Positions 19,713 to 28,307 of a stretch of DNA of 64,000 nucleotides are shown piece by piece; positions within the stretch are counted from its first letter, which is position 1, and every line of letters begins with the position of its first letter. Under the pieces are notes generated by a model, which ran no database searches, was not told the DNA's origin, and saw only the letters and a program-made list of their open reading frames with translations. Origin of the DNA: Patescibacteria group bacterium. Its GTDB lineage: Bacteria > Patescibacteriota > Patescibacteriia > Buchananbacterales > UBA6539. Where the stretch lies: positions 38,552 to 102,551 of the forward strand of contig JBAZSB010000003.1 in NCBI GenBank assembly GCA_041662625.1. The letters run 5' to 3'. Both the position numbers and the translations under genes were made by a program.

Positions 19713-20855
19713 ATGACTGATCAAAATCAAAACCAAACTGATGATTTTTTCAATCTAATCAAGGAAGAACAGAAGGTTGAAAACCCCTTCGCTAATGATG
19801 AAATTTTATTTCGTGACAAAAGTGGTCAATTGAAGGTTTTAAAAGGTGGGGTAGTTTTGGATTTTGATAAGCAAAAAGTTCCTCAGCCACCAAGCAGTGC
19901 TCAGGTTAGTCCCCAGGTTGCCATACCAGTTAAACCTGTTCAAGTTAAAACCATTGAACCAGTTGAAGAAGAACTTATCAGCAAACCATTGAAGCTTGAC
20001 GAAGAGGTGAAGCGGATAATTGATAAATCCGGAATTCAATTGGAAACAGCTGAGGCGGATCAGCGTTTTAAAAATATTATCACCGCTCGACTCAAAGATA
20101 TTAGAGATCAAGTTCAAACCAGAGATATGCTTTTGAGTTCACCTTTGGTCGGTGGCATGGGGTTTGATTCACAAAAAGCTGATTCTATCTTAGCCATTAT
20201 TAATCAGGAGTTTGATGATTTGCATAGTCAGTTGAGGCAGTCGGTTAGTAATGAGCCGTTTTCTGATCTTAAAACCGAAGCGAAAAAACTTCTTGAAGAA
20301 CCGCTGGTTGAACCACCGGAAATAGTTTTCCAGCCGGCAGGGGCCCCAGAAGCTTCTGCGTCCGCCCAGACTCAACCAAAGATAGCACCAGTGATGGAAA
20401 CGAAAACTGAAGTTGTAATTAAAGAGCCAGTTGAATTTGAACCAGTGCCAGAAAGAGTCAGCATCAGTCGGCCGTTAGTGAGTCGAGATGAAACCAAGCC
20501 AAAAATTGAAGATGTTAAATTCCAACCGCGTTTAACTGGCCCAGTTGAAGAAATTAGATCAATGACGTTGACGGATTTCCGTCGCCTCGGAACAACGCCC
20601 CAGGAGGCCATTGAAAAGATTTTAGCCAAAATTGAGCTTTTGGAAGAAGAATCATTTACGCGAAAAGTTGAAGCTATCAGAGCTTGGAAGGAAAATGAAA
20701 TTCAGCAACTTTATCTTGAATTAGGGGATCAGAGTATGGAAGAGAAAAGACCAATTGCCGAAATTATCAATCGGCGAGCGCAAGAAAATATTCCCACTTT
20801 AAGCCAAGAGGAAGTTGAATCCATCATTGAATTAAATCAGAGGTTAAGATATTAA
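19713..20855 (+). CDS. hypothetical Pro/Glu-rich protein (380 aa)
   Basis: Long ORF starting immediately after the IVS-like right arm. Acidic and proline-rich, no TM helix. Confidence 0.45.
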   Translation: MTDQNQNQTDDFFNLIKEEQKVENPFANDEILFRDKSGQLKVLKGGVVLDFDKQKVPQPPSSAQVSPQVAIPVKPVQVKTIEPVEEELISKPLKLDEEVKRIIDKSGIQLETAEADQRFKNIITARLKDIRDQVQTRDMLLSSPLVGGMGFDSQKADSILAIINQEFDDLHSQLRQSVSNEPFSDLKTEAKKLLEEPLVEPPEIVFQPAGAPEASASAQTQPKIAPVMETKTEVVIKEPVEFEPVPERVSISRPLVSRDETKPKIEDVKFQPRLTGPVEEIRSMTLTDFRRLGTTPQEAIEKILAKIELLEEESFTRKVEAIRAWKENEIQQLYLELGDQSMEEKRPIAEIINRRAQENIPTLSQEEVESIIELNQRLRY

Positions 20856-20944
20856 AATAACAATTGACAATTAACTTTTAACAAAAAATGTGTTGGCAAT
20901 CATCAGTAGTTAATTGTTAATGGTTAACTGCTAACAGTTTAATT

Positions 20945-21406
20945 ATGCAGCAATTCGTCGTGCCACAATTTATCGATGTTGAAGATAAGGTCATCGGGCC
21001 AATTACGGTCCGGCAGTTTATTATTTTGTTAGTTGGCGGTGGTTTTATTTTTATTGCTTACAAATTATCTGATTTTACTTTATTTTTAGTAGAATTTATA
21101 TTTATTTTAGCTTTGACTGTTGGTATTGCCTTTATCAAAATTAATGGTCGACCGATTCATTATTTTTTTCTTAATGTTATCCAGACTTCAAAACGGGCAA
21201 AACTGAGAATTTGGCAAAAGATATTTTCTAATGCCGAACTTAAAGTTTATAGTAAAGTCGAAGTGCCTAAACTCCCGCCGCAAATTAGAACTAAAAACCG
21301 GGTGCGAGCTTCTCGGTTGGCCGAAATGTCTTTAATTGTTGATACCGGTGGTGTTTATCAAGGTGAGAAGGAGCCGCCGAGCAGCACGCCATTAGAAATT
21401 TATTAG
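20945..21406 (+). CDS. PrgI/VirB3-like small membrane protein of T4SS
   Basis: N-terminus FVVPQFIDVEDKVIGPITVRQFIILLVGG followed by two TM helices, the typical PrgI-family pattern. Directly precedes VirB4. Confidence 0.55.
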   Translation: MQQFVVPQFIDVEDKVIGPITVRQFIILLVGGGFIFIAYKLSDFTLFLVEFIFILALTVGIAFIKINGRPIHYFFLNVIQTSKRAKLRIWQKIFSNAELKVYSKVEVPKLPPQIRTKNRVRASRLAEMSLIVDTGGVYQGEKEPPSSTPLEIY

Positions 21407-21413
21407 TTTAATT

Positions 21414-22094
21414 ATGAAATCAAAAAAATTGGCCAATAAAAAAATTAGTGCCGTTACTCAACATTATCTTGATATTGCTGAAATTAAAGAAGATACGGTA
21501 GTCTTGAAAGATGGTACTTTGCGCGCAGTGCTTTTGGTTTCTAGCCTTAATTTTTCTTTAAAATCTGAAGAGGAGCAAGAAGCAATTATTTCCGCTTATG
21601 TCAGCTTTTTGAATTTTTTGGAATTTCCTTTACAAATTGTAATCCAATCAAGAAAATTAGATATTGATGGCTATTTGGGTCGCTTAAAGAAAATTGAGAA
21701 AGAGCAGACCAATGAATTATTAAGAATGCAGACTGCCGAATATCGTCAATATATTAGTGAGCTTGTTGAAATGGGTGATATTATGAATAAGCGATTTTAT
21801 ATTGTTGTCCCTTATGACCCTCTTACTGACAAGCAGAAATCTTGGTTTCGTCGTTTTATCAGTTTATTTACCGCTGCCAAGGAAGTCAAATTGAGTCAAC
21901 AAGCTTTTATGAAACGGCGCCGTGATTTGTTTCAGCGAGTTGAGCATGTTGTTACTGGACTAGCCTCAATGAGTTTGAAATCAGTGGTGTTAGACACTCA
22001 AAGTTTGATTGAACTTTATTATAATACTTATAATCCGGATGTTTATAATCAAGAAAAGTTAGTTGAATTAAACAAAATCCAAGTCGAAGAATAA
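21414..22094 (+). CDS. VirB4/TrbE-family conjugative ATPase, N-terminal (CagE_TrbE_VirB) part; ends at an in-frame TAA
   Basis: ...HYLDIAEIKEDTVVLKDGTLRAVLLVSSLNFSLKSEEEQ... is typical of the VirB4 N-domain. Same reading frame as the next ORF; only TAA-AAT separates them. Confidence 0.6.
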   Translation: MKSKKLANKKISAVTQHYLDIAEIKEDTVVLKDGTLRAVLLVSSLNFSLKSEEEQEAIISAYVSFLNFLEFPLQIVIQSRKLDIDGYLGRLKKIEKEQTNELLRMQTAEYRQYISELVEMGDIMNKRFYIVVPYDPLTDKQKSWFRRFISLFTAAKEVKLSQQAFMKRRRDLFQRVEHVVTGLASMSLKSVVLDTQSLIELYYNTYNPDVYNQEKLVELNKIQVEE

Positions 22095-22097
22095 AAT

Positions 22098-24029
22098 ATG
22101 GCTATTAAACCACAAGAAGTAATCAGAGATGAAAAGTTGGCGGCTTTGCCAATGGAGGAAAAACTGACGCCTGAGCAAAAAAAGAAAAAAGAAGAATCGG
22201 AATTAACGGTGGCTAAAACTGTTCTGGAAGAAGAGCGCATTTATCGTGAGGGAGTTATTTCGATAAAAGATCTAATTGCTCCTGCTGCCATGGAGGTAAC
22301 GCCGACCTTTCTTAAGCTGGGCAATAGGTATGTCCGGACCATTTTTGTTGTCGGCTATCCCCGTTATATTGCTGTTGGCTGGTTTGCCCCGATTATCAAC
22401 TTGAGTGTTGCTTTAGATATTGCCATGTTTTTCTATCCGGTTAAGTCTGATATTATTTTGAAGCAGTTAAAAAATAAAGTTGGTGCTTTAGAAGCTCAGA
22501 TATTGGCTGATCGGGAAAAGGGTGCGCCACGTGATCCAATTCGTGAGACTGCCTTAAGGGACATTGAAAAATTAAGAGATGACTTGACTCAAGGTGTGGA
22601 ACACTTTTTTCAATTTGGTCTTTATGTCACTATTTATTCTGAAGATAAGGAAAAACTTGACAATTTAACTGGTGATATCGAATCTTTGTTTGGTTCGCGG
22701 CTGGTTTTTTCAAAAAAAGTTCTCTATCAGGCTGAGCAAGGATTTAATTCGACTTTACCTTTAGGTAATGATGAATTGATGATTAGTTTTAATATGAATT
22801 CTTCGCCAGTAGCGTCTTCTTTCCCTTTTATTTCTTCTGAATTAACTTCTGATGAAGGAATTTTGTATGGGATTAACCGGCATAATAACAGTTTAATTTT
22901 ATTTGATCGGTTTTCCCTGCAGAATGCTAATACTGTTGTTTTTGCCACTTCCGGAGCGGGTAAAAGTTATACCATTAAACTTGAGGTTTTAAGAACGATG
23001 ATGCTGGGGACCGATGTGATTGTGATTGACCCGGAGCGGGAATATAAACATCTTTGCGATGCAGTTGGCGGTACTTACGTTAATATTTCCTTAAGTTCTG
23101 AGAGTAAAATTAATCCTTTCGATTTACCGCGCGCCGTTGGTGAGCAGCGGCCGGCCGATATAATTCGCGGATCGGTCATTACCCTTAAAGGTTTAGTCAG
23201 ATTGATGTTAGGCCAACTTACTCATCAAGAGGATTCATTAGTTGATCGGGCTTTACTCGAGACTTATGCGAAAAAAGATATTACTGCTGACTCTGATCTA
23301 GCTAAAATTGAAGCACCAATCATGCAGGATTTTCAGGATATTTTAGACGGCATGGAAGGCGGAGCTGATTTAGCCTTACGTTTAAAGAAATACACGCAAG
23401 GGACCTTTGCTGGTTTATTTAATAATCCGACCAATGTGGATATGAAAAATCAGCTCGTGGTTTTTTCAGTCAGGGATTTAGAAGATGAGTTAAGGCCGAT
23501 GGCAATTTATACGATTGTTAACTACATCTGGAACGTAGTCAGATCGCAGCTCAAGAAAAGGATTCTGATTATTGATGAGGCTTGGTGGTTAATGCAAAAC
23601 GAAGATTCAGCCAAATTTATTTGTGCCCTAGTCAAGCGTTGCCGTAAGTATTATTTAGGGGTAACTAATATTACTCAAGATGTCAATGATTTTTTGCTTT
23701 CCCCTTATGGTCAGGCCATAGTTAATAATTCAGCCATGCAACTTTTAATGCGTCAATCGCCAGCGGCAATTAATTTGGTTCAAAAAACTTTTATCTTAAC
23801 TGAAGGCGAAAAATACTTATTGCTCGAATGTGGCGTTGGCGAAGGAATATTTTTTGCCGGTGACAAACATGCGGCAATTAAAGTCGTTGCTTCTTATACC
23901 GAAGATCAGTTAATTACTTCTGACCCGCGCCAAATTTTGGAAATTGAGGAAGCAAAAAAAGAATTTGACCGGGTAATGGCCGGTCAAATTGATCAACCAG
24001 AATCAGAAGTAGAAGCAGAGACTGTCTAA
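22098..24029 (+). CDS. VirB4/TrbE-family conjugative ATPase, C-terminal ATPase part
   Basis: Walker A VVFATSGAGKSY, Walker B/DEAW motif RILIIDEAWWLM, C-terminal motifs of the VirB4/TraC family. Confidence 0.75.
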   Translation: MAIKPQEVIRDEKLAALPMEEKLTPEQKKKKEESELTVAKTVLEEERIYREGVISIKDLIAPAAMEVTPTFLKLGNRYVRTIFVVGYPRYIAVGWFAPIINLSVALDIAMFFYPVKSDIILKQLKNKVGALEAQILADREKGAPRDPIRETALRDIEKLRDDLTQGVEHFFQFGLYVTIYSEDKEKLDNLTGDIESLFGSRLVFSKKVLYQAEQGFNSTLPLGNDELMISFNMNSSPVASSFPFISSELTSDEGILYGINRHNNSLILFDRFSLQNANTVVFATSGAGKSYTIKLEVLRTMMLGTDVIVIDPEREYKHLCDAVGGTYVNISLSSESKINPFDLPRAVGEQRPADIIRGSVITLKGLVRLMLGQLTHQEDSLVDRALLETYAKKDITADSDLAKIEAPIMQDFQDILDGMEGGADLALRLKKYTQGTFAGLFNNPTNVDMKNQLVVFSVRDLEDELRPMAIYTIVNYIWNVVRSQLKKRILIIDEAWWLMQNEDSAKFICALVKRCRKYYLGVTNITQDVNDFLLSPYGQAIVNNSAMQLLMRQSPAAINLVQKTFILTEGEKYLLLECGVGEGIFFAGDKHAAIKVVASYTEDQLITSDPRQILEIEEAKKEFDRVMAGQIDQPESEVEAETV

Positions 24030-24056
24030 AAAATTTAAAGATTAATTATTAATTAT

Positions 24057-24647
24057 ATGAGTCGACGCAATAAAATAATTATCATCGTGGTGGTGGCAGT
24101 AGTTGTTTTATTATTAATAATAATATTTGTCTGGTGGCTGGGTCAAAGACAAAAATCAATCAGTCCGGGAGAAACAAATGCCAATGTGGGCCTTAATATT
24201 CCAGCAGGACTGCCGTCAGCCTCCACTGGCTTGACCAATCAGATTGAGCCAACTGCTTCCGAACCAAATCTAGAAGCTAGCCTCAAGGCCATTGCCTCAA
24301 CTTTTGCTGAACGGTTTGGTAGTTATTCTAATCAAGGGAATTTTTCTAATCTTGATGACCTGAAGGATCTAATGACTGTAAGAATGAAGAGTGCAATTGG
24401 TGATTATAAGGCCGATCAACAAGCTTCGATGGGCGGCACTGGCTACTATGGTGTTACAACTAAGGCAATTTCGCCACAAATTACTAATTTTGAAGAAAGT
24501 TTAGGCCGAGCCGAAATAATAGTTAAAACCCAAAGGCAAGAATCTTTCGGTAATACAACTAATCCTAAAGTTTTCTACCAAGATTTGAAACTAAATTTGG
24601 TCAAGACTGAGGCGGGTTGGAAAGTTGACGTCGCGCAGTGGCAGTAG
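24057..24647 (+). CDS. membrane-anchored hypothetical protein; possible VirB8/TcpC-like (NTF2-like) component
   Basis: N-terminal TM helix IIIIVVVAVVVLLLIIIFVWWL, then a soluble domain of about 150 aa ending in GWKVDVAQW. The assignment is an inference from position and size only. Confidence 0.3.
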   Translation: MSRRNKIIIIVVVAVVVLLLIIIFVWWLGQRQKSISPGETNANVGLNIPAGLPSASTGLTNQIEPTASEPNLEASLKAIASTFAERFGSYSNQGNFSNLDDLKDLMTVRMKSAIGDYKADQQASMGGTGYYGVTTKAISPQITNFEESLGRAEIIVKTQRQESFGNTTNPKVFYQDLKLNLVKTEAGWKVDVAQWQ

Positions 24648-24736
24648 TAAAATGGTACTACTAATTATAAACCACTAAGGGCGGGGAAGTGGTATAAAAT
24701 CAACATAGCGCTGCTTAAGATTAAAGTTAACAAGCT

Positions 24737-25399
24737 ATGTTCGATTTCAAGAAGTTATTTATTGATTTACTTTTCCCGATTGAATGTTTAGGCTGTGGTG
24801 AAAAAGAGCATTGGCTTTGCCCCGCCTGCTCAGCAAAAATTGAAATCAAGTTTAAAAACCAGCCGGAAATATTTGCCCCAAATCAGAGTTTAACCGGAGT
24901 TTGGTTAGCTGCTGATTATCGTCAGCCGCTTTTAATTAAAGTTTTGCATACTTTTAAATATAGCTTTGTTGTCTGTCTGGGTCAGGATTTAGCTGAGGTT
25001 TTAATCAGATTTTTGTCATTTAAAATCAAACAAAAAGAAATTTCTGGCTTTGATTTAGTCATTGCTATCCCATTAGCAAAACGAAGGCGACTTTGGCGAG
25101 GCTTTAATCAGGCGGAAATTTTGGCTGCTGAAATCAGTCGGCATTTTAGTTGGTCGAACAAATCAGATTTACTTTTTCGAAAGTATTATAACCGGCCTCA
25201 GGTTGGCTTGAAAGCCGTTGACCGGATCATTAATGTAAAAGGAATTTTCTGTGTTCAGCGTAGTGATTTATTAAAAAACAAGAAGGTTCTATTGATTGAT
25301 GACGTGGTCACTACCGGTGCCACGATGCAGGAATGTGCTAAAGTGATTAAAGAGGCTGGCGCCAAGGAAATTTGGGGATTAGCCGTGGCGCGTGGTTAA
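24737..25399 (+). CDS. comF: ComF-family (ComFC) competence protein, phosphoribosyltransferase domain with N-terminal zinc finger
   Basis: CLGCG...CPAC zinc ribbon; PRTase motif VLLIDDVVTTGATMQECAKVI. Confidence 0.75.
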   Translation: MFDFKKLFIDLLFPIECLGCGEKEHWLCPACSAKIEIKFKNQPEIFAPNQSLTGVWLAADYRQPLLIKVLHTFKYSFVVCLGQDLAEVLIRFLSFKIKQKEISGFDLVIAIPLAKRRRLWRGFNQAEILAAEISRHFSWSNKSDLLFRKYYNRPQVGLKAVDRIINVKGIFCVQRSDLLKNKKVLLIDDVVTTGATMQECAKVIKEAGAKEIWGLAVARG

Positions 25400-25403
25400 A
25401 CTC

Positions 25404-25432
25404 TTTACAGAAATGGTTTGTGGTGATATAAT
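25404..25432 (+). promoter_or_regulatory. sigma70 promoter TTTACA-17-TATAAT for tRNA-Ser
   Basis: ctcTTTACAgaaatggtttgtggtgaTATAATatcaagg, 14 nt upstream of the tRNA. Confidence 0.5.
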
Positions 25433-25446
25433 ATCAAGGTTTTTAA

Positions 25447-25533
25447 GGAGAGGTGCCGGAGTGGTCGAACGGGACTCACTGCTAACGAGTTATCCCTTAA
25501 CCGGGATCGCGGGTTCGAATCCCGCCCTCTCCG
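25447..25533 (+). tRNA. tRNA-Ser (anticodon GCU), class II with long variable arm
   Basis: GGAGAGG acceptor stem, anticodon loop CUGCUAA, variable arm TATCCCTTAACCGGGATC, T-arm GCGGGTTCGAATCCCGC. CCA not encoded. Confidence 0.75.
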
Positions 25534-25548
25534 TATTAAATAAAATCT

Positions 25549-26073
25549 ATGGCTAATATTCAAGAAGAAAAATCAAAAGAAAAAAAGGCGGAAGAAAGCC
25601 CAGATTACGGTGAGATTTTTTTCAGTTGGAAATTTTCCGAATTTCCTCAATATCAAAGAGAAAGAAAATGGTATGTTTGGGGTACAATTGTTGTAATCAT
25701 ATTACTCATCTACTCTTTTTTAACAATCAATTTCTTGTTTGGGTTAATTACCATAATGGCGGCTTTAATTATTTTGTTATTCCAGCGTAATAATAGTGAA
25801 GTTGAATTTAAAATTACCGAAGATGGTATTTTGGTTAATAAAAAGATTTTTGACTATAAAAATCTCAAAAATTTTTATATTATTTATAATCCGCCCGAAG
25901 TTAAAACTTTATATTTTGAGCCTAAAAGCATCTTCAATCCCCGGATACCAATCGCTTTAGAAAAACAAAATCCTGTTGCTATTCGCGAAGTTCTCCGCCA
26001 ATATCTTGAAGAAGATTTAGACCGAGAAGATGAGCCAGTGTCCGAGCAAATCTCTCGAATTTTTAAGCTGTAG
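25549..26073 (+). CDS. hypothetical membrane protein (174 aa)
   Basis: ORF with two central TM helices (TIVVIILLIYSFLTINFLFGLITIMAALIILL). Confidence 0.45.
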   Translation: MANIQEEKSKEKKAEESPDYGEIFFSWKFSEFPQYQRERKWYVWGTIVVIILLIYSFLTINFLFGLITIMAALIILLFQRNNSEVEFKITEDGILVNKKIFDYKNLKNFYIIYNPPEVKTLYFEPKSIFNPRIPIALEKQNPVAIREVLRQYLEEDLDREDEPVSEQISRIFKL

Positions 26074-26085
26074 TTGATTTACTTT

Positions 26086-26162
26086 GTCCCTGTAGCTCAA
26101 CTGGATAGAGCATCACCTTGCGGAGGTGGGGGTTGCAGGTTCAAATCCTGCCAGGGACGCCA
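26086..26162 (+). tRNA. tRNA-Arg (anticodon GCG as parsed)
   Basis: GTCCCTG acceptor stem, D-arm GCTCAACTGGATAGAGC, anticodon stem TCACC/GGTGG with loop TTGCGGA, T-arm GCAGGTTCAAATCCTGC. CCA encoded. Confidence 0.65.
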
Positions 26163-26175
26163 ATAAACAAAAAAA

Positions 26176-27000
26176 ATGAAAATAGCATTATCTACCCCAG
26201 TTTCAGAAATTAGCCGAGTGGGGAAAACGACCGCCATTCGTTTAAAAAAATTAGGCATTGAGACCGCTTCTGATCTCATTTTTTATTATCCTTTTCGTTG
26301 GGAAGATTTTAGTCAGATTTCGGAAATTGCTGAACTTACTCCCAGCTCAATTGTAACAATTCGGGGCAAAATTCAGCTGATAAAAAATCGTCGGAGTCCG
26401 GTAAAAAGAAAATTTTTAACCGAAGCTTTGGTGGCTGATAAAACCGGTTCAATTAAAGTTATTTGGTTTAATCAGCCATTTTTAGCCGAAGTTTTAAACC
26501 CGGGTGAGTTGGTTTATCTGTCCGGTAAAGTTGATTTTGACCGTTATACCATGCAATTGATTAATCCGGTTTATGAAAAAGTTACTAAAGGAACTACGAC
26601 TCATACGGCCCGGCTAGTGCCAATTTATTCATTAACTAGTAATTTAACCGAAAAACAAATTCGTTTTTTGATTAAATCAGTTTTGCCTGTGGCTAAATTA
26701 ATTAAAGATTGGTTACCCGAGTCAGTTATTAAAAATAATAATTTGATTAATTTAACTTTAGCTTTAAATCAAATTCATTTTCCGGCCGATCAAAAAATAT
26801 TAGCTCAGGCAATTCAGCGGCTTAAATTTGATGAACTATTTTTATTTCAGTTGCAGATCGTTTTAAGTCGGATTGAGATGAGCTCCAGTATCGCTGAACC
26901 AATAAATTTTTTTGAGGCCAAAACCAAAGAATTCGTCAGTTCTTTACCTTTTCGCTTAACTGATGATCAAAAAAAAATAAGCTTGGCAAATTATTTCTGA
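26176..27000 (+). CDS. recG: ATP-dependent DNA helicase RecG, N-terminal (wedge/OB) part; frame lost at an A-run
   Basis: Ends ...LPFRLTDDQKKISLANYF*. The homologous RecG motif continues in the +1 frame. Confidence 0.65.
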   Translation: MKIALSTPVSEISRVGKTTAIRLKKLGIETASDLIFYYPFRWEDFSQISEIAELTPSSIVTIRGKIQLIKNRRSPVKRKFLTEALVADKTGSIKVIWFNQPFLAEVLNPGELVYLSGKVDFDRYTMQLINPVYEKVTKGTTTHTARLVPIYSLTSNLTEKQIRFLIKSVLPVAKLIKDWLPESVIKNNNLINLTLALNQIHFPADQKILAQAIQRLKFDELFLFQLQIVLSRIEMSSSIAEPINFFEAKTKEFVSSLPFRLTDDQKKISLANYF

Positions 27001-27019
27001 TTTACAAAAAAATAAGCCA

Positions 27020-28240
27020 ATGAATCGTTTACTCGAAGGCGAAGTCGGTTCAGGTAAAACAATGGTGGCAACTTTAGCTATGTTTAATGTTAGCTTAGCT
27101 AATTTACAAACGGTTTTAATGGCGCCAACTGAAATTTTGGCCGCCCAACATTATAAAACTATTAGTAGCCTACTTAAGGCAAGTGGAGTCAAAGTTGCTC
27201 TTTTAACCCGATCGCAGCAAAAAATTAATGACCAAACAGTGACCAATCATAAAATTTTAGATCAGCTTTTGGCCGGAGAGATTAAAATAATTGTTGGCAC
27301 CCATGCCTTGATTCAAGAAAGAGTCGAATTTAAAAAACTTGCTTTAGCGATCATTGATGAGCAGCATCGCTTTGGAGTGGAGCAGCGAAAATTATTAAGA
27401 GAAAAATCAGGCGATCCAAAAATTACCCCTCATTTACTTTCAATGACCGCTACCCCCATTCCGCGATCTTTAGCTTTGACTTTGTATGGTGATTTAGATT
27501 TATCGATTATTAAAGAAATGCCAAAAGAACGAAAGAAAGTAATTACCGAAATTGTTGACCCAGCCAAACGTCAGCAGACTTATAATTTTATCCGTGATCA
27601 AATCCGTGATGGTCGTCAGGCGTTTGTTATTTGTCCTTTAATTGACCTTTCAGATAAATTAGGTGTTAAGGCCGTGACTGAAGAATATGAGAAGTTAACC
27701 AAGGAAGTTTTTCCGGAATTAAAAATTGCGATGCTCCATGGTAAATTAAAGGCTGCCCAAAAAGAAAAAATAATGGCTGATTTTTTGGCTAAACAAAGCG
27801 ATATTTTAGTCTCAACTTCAGTGGTTGAGGTCGGAGTTGACGTTCCTAATGCCAGCGTGATGTTAATTGAGGGCGCGGATCGGTTTGGTCTGGCTCAGCT
27901 TCACCAATTTCGCGGTCGGGTCGGGAGAAGCAACTTCCAATCTTATTGTTTTCTTTTTTCTGATAACCCAAGTCAAAAAACTAAAACTCGTCTCCAAGCT
28001 TTAATCTCAGCTAAAGATGGCTTTGAATTAGCCGAACTTGATTTACAACTGCGGGGGCCAGGCGAAATTTATGGTACGGTTCAATCTGGTCTGCCAGTTT
28101 TTAGAATTGCTCAATTATCTGATCATGAATTGATTGTTAAAACCAAAAATGCGGCTGAGCTGGTGGCACCGCATTTGGAAAAATATCCAATTTTGCAGGA
28201 GAAAATTAATCAGTTAATCAAAGAAGTACATTTAGAATAA
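27020..28240 (+). CDS. recG: ATP-dependent DNA helicase RecG, helicase-core part
   Basis: PMNRLLEGEVGSGKT (motif I), DEQHRFGV (motif II), helicase C-terminal motifs QLHQFRGRVGR. Upstream in this frame the sequence reads AWQIISDLQKNKP, continuing the RecG linker. Confidence 0.8.
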   Translation: MNRLLEGEVGSGKTMVATLAMFNVSLANLQTVLMAPTEILAAQHYKTISSLLKASGVKVALLTRSQQKINDQTVTNHKILDQLLAGEIKIIVGTHALIQERVEFKKLALAIIDEQHRFGVEQRKLLREKSGDPKITPHLLSMTATPIPRSLALTLYGDLDLSIIKEMPKERKKVITEIVDPAKRQQTYNFIRDQIRDGRQAFVICPLIDLSDKLGVKAVTEEYEKLTKEVFPELKIAMLHGKLKAAQKEKIMADFLAKQSDILVSTSVVEVGVDVPNASVMLIEGADRFGLAQLHQFRGRVGRSNFQSYCFLFSDNPSQKTKTRLQALISAKDGFELAELDLQLRGPGEIYGTVQSGLPVFRIAQLSDHELIVKTKNAAELVAPHLEKYPILQEKINQLIKEVHLE

Positions 28241-28248
28241 CCAATTGA

Positions 28249-28307
28249 ATAGAGTGATAGAGCGATAAAGTAATAAAGTCTACTTCTTTATCGCTCTATC
28301 ACTCTAT
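28249..28307. terminator. perfect 22-bp-stem hairpin between convergent recG and mpg (bidirectional terminator candidate)
   Basis: atagagtgatagagcgataaag - 15-nt loop - ctttatcgctctatcactctat, an exact reverse complement. It overlaps the last codons of mpg. Confidence 0.5.

Noticed and set aside
26097-26279. 60-aa minus-strand ORF
   Set aside because: It fully overlaps tRNA-Arg and the recG start, so it is spurious.
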